DNA from: Azolla caroliniana | Taxonomy: Eukaryota > Plantae > Polypodiophyta | Direction: 5' to 3' | Assembly (NCBI GenBank): GCA_043228905.1 | Contig: JBHGNT010000001.1 | Coordinates: 34,596,001 to 34,660,000 of the forward strand | DNA length: 64,000 bases | Part shown: piece by piece, positions 54,377 through 64,000 of the stretch | How the letters are laid out: every line of letters starts with the position of its first letter | Position numbering within the stretch: the first letter of the stretch is position 1 | Notes under the pieces: generated by a model | Database searches by the model: none | Told to the model about the DNA's origin: nothing | What the model saw: the letters and a program-made list of their open reading frames with translations, nothing else | Program-made: the position numbers and the translations under genes

Positions 54377-57300
54377 TCAGAACATGGTAATATAGCCGAG
54401 AACCATAAGGCACCAGACATTTAATGGTGTAGATGGGGACAAATCAAACAGGCGTGTAGGCAAGCGTCATCTATTTGGCTCTAAAACAATATTAGCCAGT
54501 TGCAATGGAGAATGTTTTAACTTGCATAACCAACAACATAGTTTTTAAATACTTCATGAATATCTTGAAATCACTCATTGCAATGTCAGAACTGCCACTC
54601 TTGTATCAAATCATGTAACCATCACCAAACAATGGTCAGTTGCAATGGAGAATGTTTTAACTTGCATAGCCAAAAACATAGTTTTAAATACTTCAGGAAT
54701 ACCTTGAAATCACTTATTACAATGACAGAACTGCCACTCTTGTATCAATATCATGTAACCATCACCAAATAGAGATTTTTGTTTTTCAGCTCACAAGTGT
54801 AATTGTCAAAACATTGTATAGAACTAAGGCTCCGTTGCAATAAAACTCACATTAGTTGCAACTCTAAATCAAAGAAGCAGCATCTCCAAATTACGAGATA
54901 GTTCAAATCATGTTGTACTACGTAGTAATGAAATTGCACCAAATTCTAAATTTGAGGAACAACCCAAATGAGAGAGTTAAATCACATTGTACAACATAGT
55001 CATGAAATTACATCAAATTCCAAAATCATTTGAAGGACCACCCAAATTATCTACAACAGTAATTCTGTCTTCATTCAACTAAAACACAATGTGTAGTACA
55101 ATTGGGAACCAACCCAAATGAGAGAGTTTAAATCATATTGTACAACATAGTCATGAGATTGCATCAAATTCCAAAATCGTTTGAAGAACCACTGCCTTTC
55201 ACTGTAAAATGGGGGGTGGGGGATTTCATTCTTACCTTCTCTTTCCTTTCTGCTTTTTTCACTGCCTTGATTTTCTGCAATCATTTTCACATTTCAAATC
55301 ACCAAGATACTTGTAATAACTTCATCAGCATCATCGTCAGTAGGTAACAATTCGCTATTGTCCAGCTTCCGAATAATTTGTTGTGTTGATCCAGCTACAT
55401 AATCTCCCTTACCTGAATAAAAAATTCATGCATCATCATTGTCTTGCCCTCTGAGTCTTCTTGATCGCATAACTCTATCAGAAATGTCTTTAAATAGCTG
55501 TGATTATCTAAACTACTTTCACTTTCTACTTGTAAATATTCATCATCCTTATGAGGACCCATCAAATTGTGATATCCAGCTAGTTTATAAACGTTACTGG
55601 TTCCTCATCAGGAATGGCCTTCCATCTAAGTTGCTTTGCTCCTTGGTTTTTAAGTACATTTCCCTGAAATCCACATTGTTATTCCAATATGTCAGCACAT
55701 CTGCAACCTGAATTAATGAAGAGAAAGAGAGTTTAATATTATGTGACCTCAGTCATAAGAGTGTTTAACACAAATGATGTTCCTGGGGAAAGGGGAACTC
55801 TCAAAACATAATAGATGCCATTGGAAGGAAATGGAAGGAAGTGACAGTGAAATGGAGGCAAAAAAAAGACGAAAAACTCATATCTTTACATCCCTTGTGA
55901 AGGTATACGGACCCAAATTTTGATAAACTGAATCAATACGTGAGAATATTAATAAAAACAAATAAGATTTGAAAAAAGAGAGATGTGGGGAGGGATAGGC
56001 TGCAGGCATTTGCATTGTATCTTAAACCATTGTCATAACAATATTTTTTATAAAGTAAAAAACTAAGCAATCACAACAATAAATGAGATCAAGTTTAATG
56101 AACAAATTTACATGTTTAAGGCATAGAACCTCCAGATCACCAAATTTCTTCATCAACGCAAATACTACTGTCTTTCTAATGTCAACCCTACTTTTGTTAC
56201 ACTTAATGTGTATCGTATGAAAGCTTTGGTCTGAACATACTTATATGAACCTCATTAAGTAACTGCTGGGTGTGAGCATACTTAGAATAGTATGAACCTA
56301 GTTAAGTAACTGTTGGCTTTGCAGCAACCTGTAGATATTGGTTATATAAACCATTCTACATCTTTGTAATCATAAACTCGTTTTTCCTAATCAACTGATA
56401 TTTCCTTAAGTCTTCTAGGTGATCTTGCTGTGTGAGAGTTAATCTAAGATCCCTGCATTTTCTACAATTTTTATAGAGCTCGGCATTCTGCAAATCAAAA
56501 TCAGTATTGAGTATTAAAAGCAATATTAAATGTGTTTCTAAATAACTAATATTGCACGTTTGTTAATAATTTCACGATGACGTACAAATTCTTCTTTAAC
56601 ATCTGAACATTTACACATTCCACGCTCCCTACATTTTTATGCTTACACATCTGATTTATAATGTTTATATCAGCTTATAATAACAATCAAATTCCTTAGA
56701 TAATAAATGGCAAGCACACAAGATATTACTAGAATATATAACATCAATAATGTGATGAAAGAAAAAATACATTTCAGTGCATATTTGAGTTTGTAAAATT
56801 CATCAATATGGAAAAATAAACAAATTTGAAGTAAGATAGCATAACATAGACAGGCTCTTTTATTTAAAGAATATCGGCATTATATAGTATAATTTTGCAG
56901 AAATTATAAAATGCACTCGTAGCCACCACCACCACTCCCTAGATCCTCTTCTTATTTTTCTGCATCCTCTTCTACAAGAGGAGACATAGGTGTATGTCCC
57001 TTGGGGCTCTACACTAGTTTTTAGCCTCATTCTCAAGGAAGATAATAAGAATCTAGATAATCAAGTGTATCTGTTTGTCTGTCCCTCTATCAATCTATTT
57101 ATGTACCCAAAAGCTTTTGATATGGAACCAAAAGCATTGTCTGAGAAGAGAAGATACGACCTTTTCCACAAGCGACCTGTTTCAATTCTTTACCTTTAGC
57201 ATGGGCTTCATGTTGACAATGCATGGCATTTTCCAACTGATTCACGATTTCCATCATTTTCAAGTTCAATTTTGTAGTTTTTTCGATAGGTACACATTCA

Positions 57301-58408
57301 GCCCTTGCTTTGAATTGCTCATTCCTCAATATATCCAGTTCTTGAAAAAGAACCTAAAATACAAGAATACAATTCCAATAATTGCAATGAAGGCAAGCAC
57401 ATAACAACTTTTCTTCTGAAAAATAAGACTTCCTCACTGAATCTTGCTTTGATTCAAGGCTGTCGAGTTGCAAAGCCCCAGTCACACAAATGTTGTTTCA
57501 TTTTATCTCTAGTTGCTTAATATCTCTGACCAATTGCTTTCATTCAGGGAAATGCTTTCATGCTGAATTTTGTACTGCAAATACGCAATCTACAAGAGAA
57601 TTGAACTCAAAAGAGATCATATGCATGTGTTAATCTACAAGAAATCTGACAATTATCTCTATATTTTTTAACACTTTCATTTAACTCTTCCTATACGGAT
57701 AGATATCTCATCCTCCGCCTTTTCCATATTGTTCAATAAATCATCAAGTGGCCCTATTTCATTGCATGTGTTTTGTGTAGCTTCTTTACGTGCCTTTTCT
57801 TTTTTTCATTGCTTTTGTCAAGTTGTTTGAACTTTATGATCTTCAAAACACATATTTTGACATACATATGGAATATCAAGCCTCTATTCATATTGATTAG
57901 AGAGTCTTTATTGCATATTTACAAATAATCATCAAGTCCTATATCCGTTATTACCTCCTCAACTCCTCGAGGAGTTTAAATTTACATTTAACCCATTGGA
58001 AAACCATATTGAATATCATGTCCATATTGGAAAAGTTTCTCCTGGTGATAGCTTCTTCCAAAAGAATCTCTGCCAATTTGATTTTCATTCTTATTTCGTA
58101 ATCATTTATTCTTGGCCATTTCACCATGAAAAGTATTCTCCTCCTTTGCAAAGGAGTCCTCTTCTTGCCATGATTCACCTTTGAATATGATGAGTTCCCC
58201 CGGGGGAGCCGCTTCCGCTGTCATCATTATTATTAAACGCAGAAGAATCCTTCCTCGTCTCACTGCTCGTAGGCCTTTTGGTAGGAGAAGCAGGCACGCC
58301 TTACTCTGCATAATTAACTCCACAAGCTCCTAGGATTTCTGAACCACCATTCTCAGGGAAGAATCTGTGTGGAGAAGGCACACTAGCAAATGAAGCATCC
58401 GTCTCCAT
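54377..58408 (-). pseudogene. Proton pump interactor (PPI1)-like gene with in-frame stops and frameshifts
   Basis: Spliced fragments resemble plant PPI proteins: FMVKWPRINDYEIRMKIKLAEILLEE, IAYLQYKIQHESISLNE/KQLVRDIKQLE (frameshifted), VLTYWNNNVDFREMY..LDGR, a Lys/Glu-rich stretch, and a tail-anchor-like end LMVLGYITMF*. A TAA occurs at codon 36 after the likely ATG at 58408. Confidence 0.72.
54497..54769. repeat. Tandem duplication, about 140-bp unit, 2 copies, inside the PPI-like locus
   Basis: CAGTTGCAATGGAGAATGTTTTAACTTGCATA...CATGTAACCATCACCAAA occurs twice. A second, dispersed pair of about 80 bp lies at about 54957-55035 and 55107-55185. Confidence 0.85.
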
Positions 58409-58628
58409 GGGGTCCTCCTTCCTGGAGGAAATGAAGGAAAAGAACTCGGAAATTAGAGGTGGGGCTTCTGAGATTTATTTACAGAAGCCTAAAACCCTAA
58501 ACCCTAAACTCACAGGTCTCAGTCTTCTTTAGGGAGACACTTGTCAGGCAAATAATCCCATGATTGGTCGCCCAGTGTATAATGGCAGAAAGAGTTAATA
58601 AGGTTGTCTTGGTTGGCCTAAATAACCA

Positions 58629-58750
58629 AGAACCATGTGGCTTATGTGTAGATTGTTCGAGCTAGTAAGCCACTTACATGACCATAGAACCTTGTGGCTT
58701 ATGTGTAGATTGTTCGAACTAGTAAGCCACTTACATGACCATAGAACCAT
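58629..58750. repeat. 57-bp tandem duplication; each unit carries an 8-bp inverted repeat
   Basis: AGAACC.TGTGGCTTATGTGTAGATTGTTCGA.CTAGTAAGCCACTTACATGACCAT occurs twice, with GTGGCTTA/TAAGCCAC arms. Confidence 0.85.
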
Positions 58751-60199
58751 CGGTCTATGTCTCAACACTTAACTATCTATCCCACCCATTGTTGCATTTT
58801 AGGTATGTGATCTGGTACCAGGAAGCTCAATCAGAGCCAAAGAAGAGCTCGATGTCTATTTGCATGCTTCTTGGACCATCACATATGACAAGTTTGAGAG
58901 ACTCTTACAATACCTCGAGGTCGGTGTGTTGTTTATTTGGTCATCTTTCAACATGTTTTGCTTATGTTACGTTTATTCTTCTAGCCTTGTACTATTGTTT
59001 CATTAATTTATGAAAATATAAATATCAGAATGTTCATGAAACAAATTAATTAAATATACAAAACCAATAACCATTCTCCTAGGAAATTTGGCTGATAGGA
59101 TGATTCTCATTGATCATTGGACTCAGCTAATCAAGCTTTACGAGATAATTAAATTAATTTATATTGGGTAGCATTGTACTTAGGAGGTATGTTTTTTATG
59201 AAGTGATAGCACATTAATTGCACTGATTTGGTTTTAAGTAGTTTACGTTAAAAGAATAATATTTTGATCATTTCCAAAATTCACATAGCTTATTCGGTGA
59301 AGTTTTTTGGGAGAGAGCAATTCGTGTAAGATTTCGATCATTTCCATAATTCACATAGATTATTTGCTGAACTTCTGGGGAGATTGAGTAACGACAGGTT
59401 TAAACTTTAAATGACTATAAATAAGTCCATTACTATCCAATTTCACCGACAAAATTAAATAAACAATAATAACACATTGCCAAGCAGTAAATAGCAAGAA
59501 GACAAAAAACATCAAGGTTTAAATGCAGTGAGTAACATTTGTATTTTACTATGCATGGTGATGTTAAATGAAATTCGTGAAGGTTCACATTTTATCTATG
59601 TTTCTCGCATTACGAAGATAAACATTGTGCACCTGTGAATCAACATGACATGTCTACTCCTGTATGTCACCCTCTAAAATCCACCCACTTACACACATAC
59701 AAGTTGCTATGCAATGGATCAAATAATTAAAAAAAACCATTGTTGTAGGGGTAGAATTACAAGATGGGTGTCTAGTTTCACTTTATTCAGTTTACGTTGA
59801 GCCTAATTAATATGTACCTATTTGTATTGTTTGAAGAGGGCTTTCGCCAACGGTGACTACGGGGTGGAGTTATTTTTCTTTTTGAAAAATAGTAACTCAT
59901 ATTTTCTCATTGAATAAGCATGTGATTTCTGACATTTATAATATGATTATTCACTCGCGTGTAATAACTTTACCATTTATTGCAAGTGCCAAAATGTTAA
60001 TTGACCTAACTATTTGGATGAATGGAAGGGTACGAAGTCTTCTAGTATAAATTCACCCTTCATATTCCAACACTCAAAACAATCCGCCTTGCCCCTCTCT
60101 TCGAGCTAGGCATTCATGAATTGAAACCAATGGTTGACCTGTTATGTATGCCAAGAAAGCTTTGAAGAGGCTACACATGAGAATATTTTGGCATGGACT

Positions 60200-61560
60200 A
60201 CAATATCACTCTACTTAAAAACAAAGTAATTTGTTAGAATGGGGAATGCATACCTATGGGGCATTAACTTATGGGAATATGTTGTTTATTTGACTCTCTT
60301 CTTATATGGGCACCCACTTACTCCTTGTTATTGTCAAGGCAATTCAACAACTTTAAGCCTCCTATCATCAATCAAATACCAACGCTAGTGGATACATTTG
60401 AGAAACCACCTTGGAGGAGTAGATTTTGGAAATATTGTTATCAAGGTGAAAGAGCATCACATATGTAATTGCTTGATCTACCACGAGATATGTAAAGGAC
60501 ATAACAATGCCTCTTTGGAGGTTACTTTCGTGAAACTTGTGAAAATAATGGAAATGGATATCAAAGATGAGATGGATGGAGTCATTGAAATAGGTGGAGG
60601 GGGATGCTCTTATGTATGATTCGGAAGAAGTCCATTTCTTTTTATGTGATGGATGGTGTCATGAAGCACTGTTGATGTGCACGCAACATGTGGAAGGTTA
60701 TTAGATGCATATAAATTGTTCGAAGGACCGAGATCCCTCAAAGTGGGTGTTGATCGCATGGTTGTACATGATGGCATGTTCATACATGTTGGAATCATGG
60801 ATTGAGGCATACAAAATGACCTCTATACCATAATGCTTTGATTGAGTTTTACGTTGAATATGGAAATAGAGGATGCTTGGTCATTGTATATGTGGGGGTA
60901 TATTGGATGCATGTGATGACCCAAAGGTGGTATCGGGAGATGTTGAATATGAACATGATAAGGAAGATTGATTTGGTTTGAACATATGCAAATTCATGGT
61001 ATGTTTCAACTATTGAGGAAGTGTTCAATAAAGTCTATTGAAAGAAGGATTCATGGCTAGCAATTGTCTTATTCAAGACGGGTTGGGGAAGGATAATCAT
61101 CTCCTTTCCATCATTTTGTATTTTGTAACTGATATGGTTTTTTTAAACTAATGGAAGGATATGTTTAAAAAAGAAGAAGATGTTTGAGTTTGTTATTCCT
61201 AATAACAAAAGAGAACGAGGAGAAAGAAATAAAAATGGTTGGAGAACTTTTAGCATTCTACTTGATTACGAAGACAAGCATCACTCCTCCGACCATTTCA
61301 AGTTCTAATGTATATGTGGAAACTCTAAATTATTGGAGAATCATTCGACCAACTTATTCTTTTTATGGTTATCAATGCCTCTTTCTTTTCTGGGAAGCTA
61401 GAAATGATGGTACAAGGAAACCCATGGTCCACAATTAGGAAAATCCACAATATATAATCATCCCACGAATTCCAGAAGATACCACTAGAATGGCCAGCCA
61501 AATTGCGAATTAAATAGTTCCATGGAGTAGAATAGAAGAAGTAAGATATATGGGCATATA
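60200..61560 (+). mobile_element. Heavily decayed L1-like LINE reverse transcriptase fragment
   Basis: Eroded RT motifs in the expected order: FKPP (FRPIS-like) near 60350, LNME..D...V.W (LDMEKAYDRV.W-like) near 60855, and SRRVGEG*SSPF (SRGLRQGDPLSP-like) near 61075. Confidence 0.45.
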
Positions 61561-62876
61561 TTTTTGTTTTTGCTTGTTGTAAGAGAGAGTTAGAGATAGA
61601 GATTATATACCGAAAGACAATAAATTCTGTTCAGTTTGGTTTGTACGAGACAAATGTGCAAGTACATGTAAAAGTTTGAATCAATCAATCAATATCATGA
61701 ATGGGAGAGTGAGTGGGATATCTCAAGTATCCATCTCATTAATGCTAAGGCATCTCCTCTTACACTAATAGGGCAACGGTGGAATTTTACATCAAATAAA
61801 GTGTGTTAACAACAAGCTAACACACAAGTGCGTTATGGTCGAGGTTGATATATCAATAAAGAACAACCCTATACATTGTATTCAGAATCCTACATAATAG
61901 ACTTGGAGGGGGGGGGGGTCATGAATAAGATAGATCAACCAACAACCATTGCTTAATCACGAAGATCATTGTTTGGCACACTATGTACTTCCATTGGCCT
62001 CAAGACATTTCCAACATGGATCGATCTAGGACGGATATTTTCAAAAGCTATGAAATTACATCTCTACGAACACACTGCAATCTTTTAAGGTCTCATAATC
62101 AAGTATCGTTGTAGTTCACTTTCATAAAATGCCACGCCACAACGAGAATAGTAGTGAATAGATATGTAGGAGTAATTTGTTTTGGTTTCCTCATTGCCAT
62201 ATAGAGTTCCGTCAAGCTTTCGATAAAAATGGACCTACTAATGAAGCGAGGATGATGCCACGTAGTTTAATCGTTCCATTTCACTTCATTTTCTCGTAGA
62301 TCAAGCAAGCAAACTATTGTGGAGTCCCATGGCGTGGAGATTAAGGATGGCGTGGCGGGAGACATGTGAAAGGATTAGGGACTCGGAACGTGTCAACGAG
62401 ATCCCCACCCACTGGGTCTAGACGGACGGACGGACGGATGGACGTGGCCGGGTTTGAGGGTTTAGGGTTTAGGCCCTAGGGTTTACAGAACACCGACGAC
62501 GACGTTGACGGAGGATAACTCCATAAACTACGTATTTACGTATTTATTTGATTCGAAATAATTTTGGCGACATTCCATTATTTTCGCGGCGACTGGTTAG
62601 GTGAGAAAAAATCAAATAAATTCAAACCAAAAAACAAAGGAGCAGGCGACAGAGAGACAGATCAGAGAAAGACTCTGAGAGAGCTGGCCATCGCCATCGC
62701 TCATCACACAGAATATCGAAGGAAGCTAACGCCCCCTTTAACTCACCGCTCGCCGTATGCGCATTCGCCTATCATCTTCATCACCATCGCCATAGCCTCA
62801 CAGTGTGAAGCACTGCACAGGCTTGCGATCATCTCTAACTGAAATCTAGAGAACCATCTTTTCCATCGCTGTCTCC

Positions 62877-64000
62877 ATGGGCTCTCAAGGTGAAGCTTCA
62901 CCATCCCCTCTCCCTCTCAAATTATCTCCCATCGAAACCATCCTTCCATCTCAAAACACAGACTCGACTCCCATCCCGCTCTCTCTGATCGACCACTGCC
63001 TTGCCTACGTCGTGGACACAGTCTACTTCTATCCTAAGCCTATCGAAGGTTGCCACCATCGCCACGAGCTCGTCCCCAAGCTTCGCCAAGCCCTCTCGGA
63101 GATACTCGTCCCTTATCATTTCCTTGCGGGGAGGCTAGCTCAGAACCCCAGCAATGGGATGTTAGAGCTGGATTGTGGGAGGCAGGGAGCCGTCTTTGCC
63201 TCGGCCTCCTGCGAGCTAGCTATGGCCGACCTCGGAGACGTCACATTCCCTAACCCTGCATTTCGTGGCTTGGTCCTGCAGCCACCTCTGCAGAACGCCG
63301 GCGCTGCCAAGATGACAGACGCCCCCCTCCTCATGATGCAGGTAAAAAAAGTATTTACATATATACGTAGATTCATGGGACTGTGAGAGGGCTATACATA
63401 TATACTTAGTTCCCAATCTTTCTTCTCCTCCACAATTCTCTCAGAAATCCATGGAAGCTCCTCGGAGCTATATGTACGTAGTTTAGCCATTGCTTCTCTA
63501 GGAGCAAACTGATCTCCACTCACTCTGAGAAGTTATGCGTCCTATGGTTCCTCCGTGTAACCTCCATCTCCGTCTCTTGTCGTTCGTTCGTTTTTTCCGA
63601 GTACTTGGCCACACCACACACAGTTGCTCTGACATGAGAAGTAAATATAACCATGATTGATTGTTTTGCAGGTAACAGAGTTCAAGTGTGGTGGCTTCAC
63701 CATCGGTTTCTCCATGAATCATGCTGTTTTCGACGGGCAAGGTGCCTTGGAGTTCGTCATGAACTTTGCGTCTCTGTGCAGGGGAGATGGGCTGGTTCTC
63801 GAGCCGAGGCCCCATGACCGAGCTCTCCTCATGCCCCGAAACCCTCCTCGAGTCTCATTCCAACACCCGGAGGTCATCAAGCCCTGCGACATCCCCAAGG
63901 ATAACCCATTCACCACCGCCGACCTTGCAGACCTCGACTTCTCTGCCATGAAGCTCTCACAGTCCCACGTCTTCAAGAGCTTCCCTGTTTCTGCAGACAT
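62877..64000 (+). CDS. BAHD (HXXXD) acyltransferase, similar to the omega-hydroxyacid feruloyltransferase group; exons 62877-63341 and 63672->64000, truncated by the window end
   Basis: LSLID, LRQALSEILVPYHFLAGRL, PLLMMQ|VTEFKCGGFTIGFSMNHAVFDG (HXXXD at about 63720), with the typical BAHD intron at the Q|V position. Confidence 0.92.

Noticed and set aside
58100-58408. In-frame TAA/TGA corrected by U-to-C RNA editing
   Set aside because: That editing is known from organelles, this locus is nuclear, and it also carries frameshifts.
62450-62483. Interstitial telomere
   Set aside because: There are only a few degenerate TTTAGGG units, consistent with ordinary telo-box-like promoter sequence.
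28436-64000. Dirigent plus BAHD biosynthetic gene cluster
   Set aside because: They are separated by about 28 kb and several unrelated housekeeping genes, and there is no co-expression evidence.

Overview
This is eukaryotic, intron-rich land-plant nuclear DNA. It is fern-like by inference from gene and TE style; the taxon is not established. In order, the window holds: a rearranged, RT-less Ty1/Copia element (-) with a fold-back left end; a Rab7/RabG GTPase gene (+) carrying a U12-type intron next to a GC-AG intron; a large URB1/Npa1 ribosome-biogenesis gene (+); two intronless, secreted, motif-divergent dirigent-like paralogs (+); phosphatidylserine synthase PSS1 (-); chloroplast lipocalin CHL (+); nuclear-encoded plastid RPL5 (+); six apparently identical 229-bp tandem repeats plus one diverged copy; a frameshifted proton-pump-interactor (PPI)-like pseudogene (-); a decayed LINE; and the 5' part of a BAHD acyltransferase (+). 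Exon coordinates were read by eye and may be off by a few bases. No database searches were run. No complete new system is evident. The best leads are the dirigent-like pair, the fold-back Copia end and the 229-bp array.
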